From positions 161,265 to 225,264 of the forward strand of contig NMRA01000027.1 of assembly GCA_002633005.1 (NCBI GenBank): a stretch of DNA of 64,000 nt, in the 5' to 3' direction. Of this stretch, positions 22,967-36,400 are shown piece after piece. The position numbers and the translations under genes are program-made. Within the stretch, counting starts at the first letter, position 1; the number at the start of each line of letters is the position of its first letter. The notes under the pieces were generated by a model, which worked only from the letters and a program-made list of their open reading frames with translations, made no database searches and had not been told where the DNA came from. Source of the DNA: Phoronis australis. Lineage: Eukaryota > Animalia > Phoronida.

Positions 22967-24314
22967 GTAGTAATCTCGTAAATAACTACATCTACATATA
23001 CATATACATACACAGCCAGGCCTATTTTAAAATGGTCATTCGATACTGCAGTGAATTAATGCTATTAGGTAATTGCTCAATATACCCAAGCAAAAAATAT
23101 CAATTAAAAGTAGGACTCTTCACAGTCAGAAGGCGATTGTTCCAATTCGTTCTGCCACCTGTATACCGGTTTTAGTACTTAAAACTTTTTGAGGACCGTC
23201 CTCAATAATTTAGAATATTTGTTTGTTGTGAAACATAACTTAGGTCACTGAGCCACAGATGTCACATTGGTGTAGCAATGAGAGTGATGGAGACTGGAGT
23301 GACTCTGAAATGTCCTTGGTTCAAACTCTGCTGTCTGCCAAGAAAAGTATAATCCAGGAACCCACCATGAGTGTACAGGATACCAATGCTCATTCTTCTA
23401 AGAACACTGTAATACCTGACAATACCATAAATGGAGAAATGATCGACCAAAACACCGTGTCAACGTAAATATGTTAAAGATTGGTATAAACATATTTTAG
23501 ACGGTACATGTACATCAATATCTCAGTGGTTTTAGGATGTCATACCCGTGTATTGTATCACATGGCGGTGGTGTTGTGCTAGAAAGGCCTATCTAAATTG
23601 CTTGCCAAGGGGCAATCATCTATTGTCCAAATAATTTGGATGATGCTAGACTCTGATTGAGGGGACACTGGTCCTATTTTTGGCTGAACCAAGAAGTATC
23701 TGAAGAATAACTTATGATTAATCTGTCTCACGGCATTTACTAGTACCGATTTATTTTCCATTTGGATACATGTGACTCACCATTCCTAATTCTTCCCACC
23801 TATTCTGCCTTTTGGTTGAGCATCCTTTCTGTAATGAATCAACCTGTTGGACAATTTGATTGCATTGGGTTGAAGTAATCATCAAGCTTTTTACCTGCTA
23901 TTCCATTGAGACAATGGAACTGTATCATCTCTATGCAAGACCTTGATGAATGTGGCTACCATGGTTCTGTTAAGTACGTCCTTGAAGTTGGTACAGTAAA
24001 CTATGAATAATTTGTTGTTTTTACCTGAGTCCTGAAAGTGAGGGATTGTCCGAGGTTTACTGTCACAGCATTAGAAAACAATCATCCCTCAGAAAGAGAA
24101 TTCCACTGCCATTCACTGCACTCAGAGCAAGCAATGCAGATAAAGTGATGTCATTTGAATTTGCACTCTTACCACAAGGCACTCATTAATGGCTATATCC
24201 TCTGCGATTGGCTGCTATCAGACTTTATTTGCAAAGCGAATGGCTCCAGAGGAGTGAATGTCTGCATATTGTATAATCATTTTTTTATCTTCCAGGCTAT
24301 AAAGCATTTTCAAA

Positions 24315-24407
24315 ATGGCTTCAGCAAGGATATCAGCCAAGTATCCACCACAGATTGATCCAACAAGGACCCCGCTAGCTTATGGGGACAGAGCGCTTCC
24401 TCGCTTG
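24315..24407 (+). CDS. RSPH14: RSPH14 coding exon 1 (MASARISAKYPPQIDPTRTPLAYGDRALPRL)
   Basis: Acceptor ttccag ends 24295, ATG at 24315, donor gtatga at 24408. Confidence 0.9.
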
Positions 24408-27400
24408 GTATGAAACATTAAAGCTGTAGTCACCTGTAAACCTACCATTGAGTTATATGTGTTCAACTGTTGTCCGACGTTGACTTGAGTCGTGTCCACA
24501 CACAGATTTACCCTGGAACAACTTGCACCAATACAACTTGCACCACTTTAACTGAAGCATCCACACACACTTATCTGATAACTAGTGCAAAGTGGAAGTT
24601 GTCACTCTGTGCATGGCAATGAACAGTTGATGTGAATATAGCGCACAAAAGAAGGTCGGTATGTATGTAACAGCAGTTGATAATTACTTCCGCCTTTCCC
24701 CATCAGGTTCATTGCGGTCACACAGCAATTAGAAGCGGCGCAAGTTACCCTTAAAATAATTTACCCTACCTCGATAAAGTGGAGTAAGTTGTCACAAGTG
24801 TGGCAAGTTGCGCTAGTTTAAATAGCATCCATTTAGCACTCAAACCTGGCGACAACTTGTTCCAGGAGTAACTTGTTCTAGGGTAAGTCTGTGGACGTCA
24901 CTTAAGAGCTTCTTCATGTAGGCAGATTCATCACTCTATCTTGAACAATTACAAATTCAGACATTTGCCATTTTCTTCTCTCTTTGTATTGATCTTTAGG
25001 GTAAAATTTCACAAAATTAGGACACAATTTGGTGGACAAAATATTTTTTCCGTTTTTTTGTAACAGAATAGTAGCACAAAATGAATGATTTCTAACTGTT
25101 TTGTGTTCAATCTGTGCCGTATCTGTCCTCAGGCTGTTTTGTGTTCAATCTGTGCCGTGTCTGTCCTCAGGTTGTTTTGTGTTCAATTCATGTCCATATC
25201 TGTCCCCAGGCTGTTTTGTGTGTTCAATCTGTGCCATATCTGTCCTCAGGCTGTTTTGTGTTCAATCCATGCCATATCTGTCCTCAGGCTGTTTTGTGTT
25301 CAATCTGTCCTCAGGCTGTTTTGTGTTCAATCTGTACCATATCTGTCCTCAGGCTGTTTTGTGTTCAATCTGTGCCATATCTGTCCTCAGGCTGTTTTGT
25401 GTTCAATCTGTGCCATATCTGTCCTCAGGCTGTTTTGTGTTCAATCTGTGCCATATCTGTCCTCAGGCTGTTTTGTGTTCAATCTGTGCCATATCTGTCC
25501 TCAGGCTGTTTTGTGTTCAATCTGTGCCATATCTGTCCTCAGGCTGTTTTGTGTTCAATCTGTGCCATATCTGTCCTCAGGCTGTTTTGTGTTCAATCTG
25601 TGCCATATCTGTCCTCAGGCTGTTTTGTGTTCAATCTGTGCCATATCTGTCCTCAGGCTGTTTTGTGTTCAATCTGTGCCATATCTGTCCTCAGGCTGTT
25701 TTGTGTTCAATCTGTGCCATATCTGTCCTCAGGCTGTTTTGTGTTCAATCTGTGCCATATCTGTCCTCAGGCTGTTTTGTGTTCAATCTGTGCCATATCT
25801 GTCCTCAGGCTGTTTTGTGTTCAATCTGTGCCATATCTGTCCTCAGGCTGTTTTGTGTTCAATCTGTGCCATATCTGTCCCCAGGCTGTTTTGTGTTCAA
25901 TCTGTACCATATCTGTCCTAAGACTATTTTGTGTTCAATGAGTGCCGTATCTGTCCTCAGGCTGTTTTGTGTTCAATCTGTGCCATATCTGTCCTCAGGC
26001 TGTTTTGTGTTCAATCTATGCCATATCTGTCCTCAGGCTGTTTTGTGTTCAATCTGTACCATATCTGTCCTCAGGCTGTTTTGTGCACATTCACAAGCAT
26101 GCTAGATGCTATGATTGAAAAACAAAAAAATTTGTTATTGTCCGAAATTGGTGGGAGTTCAACATATCTTCATTGGGAGTGTAGGTCAAAGTTTAACCCG
26201 GCAATAACATCTAATTTATTCATTGGCAGTTAGACTATAACCAAAAATTAAAACACAACTCTTTAGTTTTTTATTTTCTTAGCTGGATCAGTTTGACTGT
26301 ATCAGTCTTTATTTGAAGTAACATTAGCTGTTCATCCTAGTCATTCAGTTTGTCAGAAGAAACACTAGTGAGTTGGCTTAATTTTGTTTCCAGAACATAG
26401 AACTAAATGACAGTACACTAGTGACACGCCAGAGGGCAGTGAAGGCTCTGTGCAATCATTTACATGATTGTGAAAATATTGCGGAGGCTCTCAGAGTTGG
26501 TAAGTTTCGTGGTGCTTTATTTTTAAGCTTTTCTTACTACATTACTGCCAGAGTTCATGTTCTGAAAATTTTGCACCTCATCCTTATAAATATAAAAGTG
26601 GTAAATGATGTGGCCAATAGATGGCATGCTGAGCAGAGTTAAAAATGTTTGCCACCTCATGCTTATTGTTCAGTACAAAATAGTTTCTTGTTCTAGGTAC
26701 ACAACCATGTCTTGTGGGGAAGAAACATGTTTTTAATGTGGACATACAGAGGAATTGGAATGATGTCAATTGTTTTAACAATAATTATACTGTTTTCTAG
26801 GCTGAATAATTTTTTTGATGAATTAAAACTGTAGAATATAGATGATGGTGTTGAATGAAAAAATCTGTATTGGTCTTTGTATTTTAATGGGATTTTTGTT
26901 TCGTTTACAAGGTATTGCAGAGAGTTTGAAGACCTTATTGAGTGACCCAGATATCACTGTGAGGCAAAAGGCAACAGAAAGCTTGTATGTAATTGGCCGT
27001 GAGTAGTTACGTCTTGGCATTTTGATAATAAATAATCACGAAATTGTAATTTGTAATATTCAGTTACATAAATCCTTTGTTAGGATGTAACATTTTTGCA
27101 TTTTTGCTTTCCATTAAAATTGTTTATTACTGGGTCTCGTGTCTTGGATTTAATCTCAGATTATGAAAAGAATTCAGGTAAGCACCGACAATGATTCTTT
27201 CCTCTCAGTTGTTAAGCACACGTTTGGAAACTAGCTGCATATTTAAGGTAGTTATCAAACTTCATGGATTTTTTTCAAAAATGCAACATTCACATGTTGA
27301 ATGAAATGGTAAATTCTTTGTTTTCCATTGCTTTATGTGATATATCTTTAAACACATCATTTGTACGCCAAATATGAGAGTTGCTTGAGGCGGGTTATCA

Positions 27401-30400
27401 TTTAATTTTAAATAGGTGGCAAATCTTTATCAGCCATTTTAAAACACTTCAATTTTTCAATCTGCTTTTAAAATTTGAATATTAATTTCTATTTAGTGTG
27501 GGATCTGATTCGCAGGAAAGTTTAAACTCTTACATTATAGTTTATGGTTGAGAGAACTGTTTCTATGCAAAATGGTAATACCAGCTTCGAAAAACGAAGG
27601 CTTGGGACTTGGATAGCTAATATCTCTGTTGTTTGATGCTAAGTAAATAGTGTGTGACATGGTTGCCTGCATATTCACTGTAAGAATTATATTGTTCAAA
27701 GTTTCCTGCAGGTAAAAGTTACTTAGAAAGTCGTAATTAAAGCAAAGCTGAAAATTTTCACAAAAAATTTTGGTCATATGGTTGTGAATGATTTTGTGAC
27801 CTTTTAAGGTAGGCCTGTGTTTTCGTTCATGGAAGATTCAGAAAATAATTGTTTTTAGAGTTGAAAATGGAAGTTATAAATTACTGTATTCGCCCTAATA
27901 ACCGCCCATGCTCCTATAAGCGCCCCCATGTGTTTTCAGACTTTGCTAAAATAAGCGCCCAGCCCGTGCGAAAAATGCCTACCTACAGTCCTAAAATTCT
28001 ACAATAACGTCTTCAATTTATCAATAATATCCGACAATCCTGAAAAAAATCATTTTGTGCAGAATTTGTAAACCACAAGCCTCGCCGCTATGTTGGTATT
28101 TAGCCGCCGTGACTATACACTTCAAACTCTCGCCGTGCCTCAAAACGAACCATAAAATTTTGCCGATCTTGCGAGGAATGTGTCCCACTATGGTTTGGCC
28201 CTTCAAAACAGGCGTATTGTACTTGTCAACGTGATTTTGTATTGGAGATGTTTCCCGCCCTCAGCAGGAATCCAAACTTCTTTGTACACATGAAAACCGC
28301 GAATCAAACACAAAAAAACTTGGCCAGTGTTAAAAGCACGGCCAGGAAGTGTGCGCTACAAACATAAACCTGTCATCAAAGGCATTAGTCGTGAATTATC
28401 CATTCATGAAACCGGTAGCATAGCATCGGCAAGAAATGAATATTGGTATTAATTTCCGACAGTTTCTAATACTATAAAAATGTTTGCGTTATTTTTAAGA
28501 GGGATTGTTTGATTAATCATAATTGGTGTTTTTAAACCAAATATCCAATAAAATTACCACTGACAGTGAATGCTTACACACCCTCACACCAAAAAATAAC
28601 TGTCAGATAGTCACGTATGCATCCAGCAACATGGCAACTATGTATGGGTCTTATCGAGAGAAATGTCGAATGTTTTTAGTGCATGAGACCAGCAAGTGCT
28701 GAATGAAACACGTTCTGCTTTAAGCCTACTGCTTGTGCTAATTTCTTTAATTAGATACAATGCAGATCTAGCTCGTTAGATTGCATTTACTCTGGCAAAT
28801 GAACTCTGGTGACATGCACACGCTCGCTTACTCACACACGCAGACGAACTTCAAAACAAACGTCACGTGACAACAACATGTGTGTTCGTCCAGAGATTTT
28901 TCTTGTGTTGCTGATCATAGATGGCATGATGTTGCACAGATTTGTATTTAATCTGCCGTTAATTCCGACTCCACAGGAACTTAAAAATCTCAAGGACGCT
29001 TAGAAAACTTAAAAAGGATTTCAGGTAATTTGCTTCTTGAGTCAAAACTGCATTTTTATTCAATCATTCAATCATTCAAGTCACCTTAATGGTTGGGAAG
29101 CAGTCAGTCGGAGAGTTGTCCCTCCTGGGATTTCAGCACAATTTTCTGTAAAATTATTTTAACAGGAAAATTTGATAGCAATGTACCACAATTTTGTAGA
29201 AAGTCTGTCATACCAGTAGGTTACAGATACGATATGGTGAATCTTAACTTCATATTTCACCCGTTTCGGAGACCGGATTTCAACCGCCTTGGGTTACAAT
29301 AAGCGCCCCCTGAAATGAAATTTTCTAAGCGCCCTGGGCGGTTATTAGTGCGAATACAGAATGTTATTTGGTGAAACATGAAGGAACTTTACGAAGGTTA
29401 ACAATTACCTTAAAGGAGAATGCCACCCAAAAAACAACCTATTTTGTATCAATTTAGATCGAGTAGTTCTACTCAATAACGGCAGGTTCGGTTGCATTAC
29501 CTGACACCTGACAGCAGACGGAGATGTTGAAATTATCCAATGACGTAATTGGTTTCACAAAGTCTGTTCAACAGTTCACAATACGGCTTAGTGGTGTCAG
29601 CTTATTGCTTGAATTCATTGTTTAACACCAATAAATCATCAAACTTCGGTGTAAAACCCTTAAAAATACACCGAATTTTTATAAAAACGTGTTGTTTTAT
29701 TTCGCTGTTACGGATTTACTGGTATTTGGACACACCGTAGCCTAGCTGCTACAAAGTTCGGTAGGCCAATTTACCAAGGTCTGTAGCGGGAGTTTGGGGT
29801 CTGTTTGGAGATAAATTCGAAGTAGTCTTCCATGAAATACAGACAGGAGAACATAGATCTGTGTTGTTTATACTTGTGATTGTTTGAGTTCTAAACACAC
29901 AAAACGCTTGTTATCCCAGCCAGTGACTCGGAACTTGATCAGGCCCGTCGCGGCCGCCGGGACTGGCACGAACATAAACGACCAGCTTGAGTTGGAAACT
30001 AAACCTCCAGTCACAAAAAGACTATAATAGTGAGCAAAAGAAATAATGTGCACGTAATTATTTATATGAATTAGCCACGAAACTGAAAATCTACTTACTT
30101 GTCAGGGGCCGCGAAGTCGGGTCACCTTCACAGACCGTCAGGACAAAGGTTGTACACTGAGTAACAAATTTTGTATTTCTAAATAAAGATTCCCCTAACA
30201 TGTGATCATAGCTTATAAAATGGAGTAATTGTTTCACAACAGCTTTCTGTCAGCAAACACTGAATTAGCATGCTCTCACACAGCCTCTGTGCCTGGTCAG
30301 TTACTTTTGTTGCCGGCATCAAAAGCCGGTAACGCAGTGGTTCATTCATTGCTGGCTTCTCAAAACATTTGCACTCACGAGCACTCCAAGGCATTACAAA

Positions 30401-33400
30401 TTTTATCTAATGAGACAGTTTTATATAAGTATTGGTTAGGATCAGAATAATTCATTGTGAAACAGAATGCGGAATAATAAACGTCTACATGGCATCTCGC
30501 CCGGCGCCAATCCCGACTTAGTTAAGAGCTCATCCAACAAAGACTTCATGGGTCGGATCGTTAGGTTTCACAAGCTATCAGTTCGAACCGGAATACACTG
30601 ATCAAGAAATACTAGAGAGGCGCCGTGAACATGCACAGGCAACGGAACTTATGGATATAGTTCTCTGGTAAGCCGGAATTCGTCAGAGAAATCACTGTCG
30701 ACGAGATGTTTCACGGCCTCATACCTGCTATTAACAGCATACCTTTCATTCTTCACTACCGCGAGCCACATTCCAAGCATTTCGGGCTCTCGAGGTAGTC
30801 GAAAAAACGATATACCCACTTTCTTTGCAGCTTCATAGTTCGGACAAGCGGAAACGATGCACCGCAATATAGCAGCATTCACTCTCCAGACTAACCACTG
30901 ACGTCGCTGCGTCATTTCTCTCCTTACAGGTTAACACAACACTTCTCGGCAATGTGGTTACAGACCAATTAAGATGGTAAAAAAGACTAATTAATTTGGG
31001 TGGCATTCTCCTTTAAGCTTCTAAGTATATTATGAAAATAAAAGCATGCACCAACTCTTAGAGGAAATATTGGCTCATGGTAAGCATCACGTTTTAGGAA
31101 ATATTATTCCTTAGAATTTTTTAAATTAATTGAAGAATTTGCATCAGTTTTTGTTTTGTGAATTCCTATTAGCCAGTGTTTTACATCCCGTGTTTTTCTT
31201 ATACAGAGCACGCGGTAGGCAGGGATGCCTTTCTCGATTTTGACATAATAGAACCTCTGTCTTTGCTGTTTGATGACCCAGAGGACATAGCGAGGCTGAA
31301 CGCTCACAAAGCCATTGAGATTGTATCAGAAACACCACCTGGTGAGTAGGCAGGTTGTCTCTGGAGCATCATAACATTATGACTAATTTTGGAAACATTC
31401 ATTTGACTTCATGAAAGCTGTGACGAAAATCAAGATGAGAACTAAAATCAAAATATAACTAATTAAATCAGCTGAAAGTTTTTGCTCCAGAACATCATTG
31501 TGCTTGGACATCAAGTAATTTCATCAGCTATTTTTGAAAACTAACTCCACTTTAAATGCAGTTGGTTTAATAAGTCGGCACCAAATAGTAATCTCACTGT
31601 TGTAAATAGTATAAGGTAACAGCTATTATCAATGAACGAACAGTATTCCCTCACAACTATGTCATTCTGTTTGTGTATAAAATGTAATTTTCAGTTTAGG
31701 TATGACATTATGTTTGTATTAAACAGAACCCTCGGAGGGAGTGAGTAATTGCATTGGAAGAGCTGAGTTAACTGTACCAATGCACAAGTGCCGTAGCTCT
31801 TCCAGTGATTTATTGAGTATCATCTTTCAACAGGTGACAAGTGCTTTCACTTTTTCATGTGTTTCCTTTGTCCATTTTAGGTGCTGAAGGCATTGTTGAA
31901 GCTGGCCTGGTCCCTAAACTTGTGCTAAAACTGAAAGATGAGCATGATGAAATAAAAGTAAGTTTTTGACATTTCGTACACGTTGGTGCACTATTCAGCT
32001 GCCCTCGTAGGCAGAGGGGACAACATGCACTGCTGCAGTTAAGTTCAGTTTACATCTTTAGAATCATAACTAACTAGTGAAATTGGTGTGTAGAATAAGT
32101 TTTCCAAAATGTATTGGACAAGTTTCGTCCTAAAGCACGTATGTTGATTACTCGCCCTTTCAATTGTCAAAAATTTAATTTCCAAAGTTCATCATTGTCT
32201 AGTTTATCATGCAAACTATTACATTGTAGTTATCTCCCTTGATAAGTGTCGGTATCCCTACAAGTGTCAATCTTGGACTTTTTGGTGTGAAAAAGCCACT
32301 CTAAGTCAATACCAAAAATAATTTTGAAATATACACCCTTCAATAAATGTCCATTTTTATCTTGGAAACTGCGGGAGAGAGAATCCGATCGACATATTAA
32401 AAGGCCAAATCAAAGCCGGTCTTGTATTTTCTCTTTGGTGTATGGAGGAGAAAAACGGATCATGCTTTTCTTATTTTCAGGAATTCATTCTTGACACATT
32501 ACACTTCTGCATGCGCGTGGACACGACCGATGCCCTGGCCTCGGAAGGCATGGAAATGTTCACCTCACTCCTGGCTCACGAGTCCCACACAATAAGAGCT
32601 AAGGCTGCCAGAGACATCATGGACCTCAGGTATTAATCATTGTCAGTGAAATATGTGTGTAAACAATCTCTACCAGAGATTACGTGGGAGGTCCTTATGT
32701 ATGAGGTGGTGTGTCCAGGATGTACTGTTTTGAAAGATTGATTTTTCACAGTGTAAACTGATGCCCTTATTGGATTGACTCCTAAAGGGAAACTCTTCCT
32801 GTTCTAGTTATGCAAAATGTTGAGTTGCCTTGCTGAAATTGGTTGAGTTAGTTGACTGCATTGGGGTGCACTCATGGGCTTATTTAATGGCTCAACAATT
32901 CTGTGAACATGTTCAGCACAAGTACATTTCTGGGTGGTGGCATATTACGTCATTTTCAAAACTTTCTCCCTCCATCATGTGCGTAACTCGGAACTGCTGT
33001 TGTTTACACTGTCAGCTCATGTCTTGTTCTCTTCTAGTGTTCCATTGTCTGGTAAAAAGAAGGCCATGAAGTGTGACTCTTTTTCTCTTCCAGTGTTCCA
33101 TTGTCTGGTAAAAAGAAGGCCGTTAAGTGTGACTCAATTGCTCAGCTAGTTCCTCTTCTATTGGATCAGAAGACATCTGTGAAAGCGAATGCCGCAGGCG
33201 CAATTATGACGTACGTTTTACTCAGACACTGTAAATTAACATGCAGTGGTGGTCATCATCTCTTTAATTAAACCCAGTAAACAGAAAGGGACTAAGAATA
33301 GTGCAGGGGCTCTGATAAATGATGCATCTGATGTGCGCAAGCCGTTTAGCTGGGCCCATGGTACGAAACATCTGAAAATGTTTTCTCCTTTTATTAACAT

Positions 33401-36400
33401 ATACGTGAAACACGTATGCCTACTCAGAGGGTGATTGCAATGATGCTTAGTTTTACTGAGTGACTTTGAGTCATTGTTGCACCGAATGGTAAGTGCATTC
33501 TGATTAGCATACTCAGTTAAACACAATTGTAAGCCTGCATGTATTGACTAAAAATAAACTTAGTATTCCGTACATTGAAATGGGTATAGGGTAAGGTAAA
33601 GTGACAATCTGTATGCTTCAGTGGTATTTTGAATCAATAACTCGGTGAAGACCTTAATCATTGACGTTGATGACATGATGTGATGTCATCTTGAAGTTTT
33701 TAGAATGATTTTATTTGGACTTTCTTATTTTTTAATATTGTTCAATAATCTAAAATGTCTTAAGATGTAATTACTATTTTCTCATTATGCAATTCTTCCT
33801 GTCAATCATATTCCTTTAACTTGAAAGCTTCGTGCAATGCCATCTTTATTGGTTCGTCTTTTGGGTGGAACCCTTTGTTTTATTTTGTTTTTAATATGGC
33901 AAGCTAGCATAGCAATCCTAATTGTACTTGATAAAACCATGCACCAAGTAGTTTTATTGACTGCTGGAACTTGAACCAAGGAATGTACTACACTCCTTGC
34001 TTGAACGTTTGTCTTTGCACTCTTAATTTGTTTCAGTTTGACTTGACCTAATTAGCATTGCTTGGGCCTTTCATATTATATTCATCTTTTTTAGGATCAC
34101 CATTACAACAGAAGGAAAGTATAACGCTATTAAAAACGGCGCCATCGAGAATCTGGTGGAACTTGTGGAGGACTTCAATAGTGAAGTAAAGGTCAATTCT
34201 CTAAAGGCTCTTACTTGCCTATCTGAGGCTCCTGAGGGGAGGGCTGCGCTTCTTCCACATGTTGAGAAGGTTAGTGTCCATGTCACACATTCTAATATGT
34301 GTCATTCAATGCATTGATGAAATTTATGGTTTGTTTATAACAGTGTTCCTTTGATGTCATATTTTTCTTTGTATGGACCTACAGAGATATCTGTCATCCA
34401 AGTTCCTTTTTAAAACACTGTCACATTTCCTTATTTTGGGCAGTCAATAGTGCAGTTGTTCAAGGGGAAAAACATCAATTTTGATACACAATTGCCTCAG
34501 TCATAGGCCATCAAGTAAGCATTCAAACTTTCAACCCACGCACTGTTAAAAGAGAAATGAATGTTCAAAACTGCTGAAAGTGTCGAAAATCAAAATACCC
34601 GACAGTTGCTGATAAAAATTTGCCACATAATTGAAATTGTTAGAGGCCGTTCCTAACAACTCACAGATTTGGCATATAAACAGTTCACATAAAGATTTAT
34701 TTTGGATAGCAATGGAAAGGGTGGTATGATTTAAGGTGGAACTTTCACACTAATTCCTTTTCTGTCTGATTGTTTGGTCAAATTAGTTAGAAACACAACA
34801 TATAGCGATGATGTGAGTATGAAGTAGGCTGAAAGTTGCCAAATGTTAAGTGTCAAAAATGATCCGCCGTGAATCACTCAATTGTGTCCACTATGTATCA
34901 TGATGTGGTGTTGGGAATAACACTGCATGATGTGAGCCCCAAGGTACATGATTAGTACAAAGGTCAACTATTTGCAAGTTATCAGTGAATACAACAGTTA
35001 CTGCACTTTGTTTAGCATAGATGATGCTCAAATAGCATTGTTGTTTAGTTCCTGTTATACATCAGCATAATTAAGAGCTTGCAAACACATCTTTAAGGGT
35101 ATACAATTTCTGCATATTGCAGAGTTTACCTTAAAATTACGTTTCTTCTTTATTAAGCTGACACAAAAACAATGAATCAAGGCACATTAGCCCATAAAAT
35201 TGGTCTTCTACAGGGGCGGATCCAGGATTTTGAGTTACGGGGGAGGGCAAAGTAATAGCCAGGATTTTGCTTGTTAGACATTCACACCCCCAAACTGCGA
35301 AATGGAATCTGGAAAAATTTTACGGGGTGGGGCATGGTCCCCTTGCCCCCCCCCTTAAATTCACCACAGTCTTAGTATTCCTTACCATGATACTTAGTAC
35401 TCCTTACCATGATACTTAGTATTCCTTACCATGATACTTAGTACTCCTCACCATGGTACTTAGTATTCCTTACCATGATACTTAGTACTCCTTACCATGA
35501 TACTTAGTACTACTTACAATACTTAGTATTCCTTACCACGATACTTAGTATTCCTTACCATGGTACTTAGTATTCCTTACCATGATACTTAGTACTCCTT
35601 ACCATGATACTCAGTACTCCTTGCCATGATACTCAGTACTCCTTACCTTGATGCTCAGTATTCCTTACCATGATACTTAGTATTCCTTACCATGATACTT
35701 AGTATTCCTTACCATGATAATTAGTACTCCTTACAATGATATTTAGTTTTCCTTACCATGATACTTAGTACTACTTACCATGATACTTAGTACTCCTTAC
35801 CATAATACGTAGTACTCCTTACCATGATACTTAGTATTCCTTACCATGATACTTAGTACTCCTCACCATGATACTTAGTACTCCTTGCCATGATACTTAG
35901 TATTCATTACCATGATACTTAGTACTCCTTGCAATGATACTTAGTATTCGTTACCATGATATTTAGTACTCCTTACAATGATATTTTGTATTCCTTACCA
36001 TGATACTTAGTATTCCTTACAATGATACTTAGTATTCCTTAACTTAATTAGTACTCCTTAGCATGATACTTAGTAATCCATACCATGATTCTTAGTATTC
36101 GTTACCTTTATACCACTTGATTTTGGGTTAACATTAAGAACATCAAAACCATGAGTAACTCAAGAAAGTGCTTCAGATGTTTTGGGGTTGGACAACGCTT
36201 TATATTTATTCTCTCTAAACAGGCCTCTAGCCAGCATTATAATATTTAAGCATTCCAAGAACAAAGAGCCTGCGCAGTAGTTTATCAAATAAACTATCCA
36301 CGAAATGTATATCAGCTTGTTCACAATAATTTTCTGTGTTCACAATAAATTTGTCTGCATGTCTCAAAATTTTGATGCTTTTAGTCTACAGTAGCCTTTC

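Noticed and set aside
23259-24050. Short ORF 23259-23468 and minus-strand coding-like sequence
   Set aside because: No recognisable motif and multiple stops; cannot be assigned without a search.
25085-26105. Three overlapping Cys-rich ORFs of 275-334 aa
   Set aside because: By-product of a stop-free 38-bp minisatellite inside an RSPH14 intron.
22144-36107. CRISPR-like arrays (17-, 38- and 22-bp repeats)
   Set aside because: Head-to-tail repeats without unique spacers, no cas genes, eukaryotic context.
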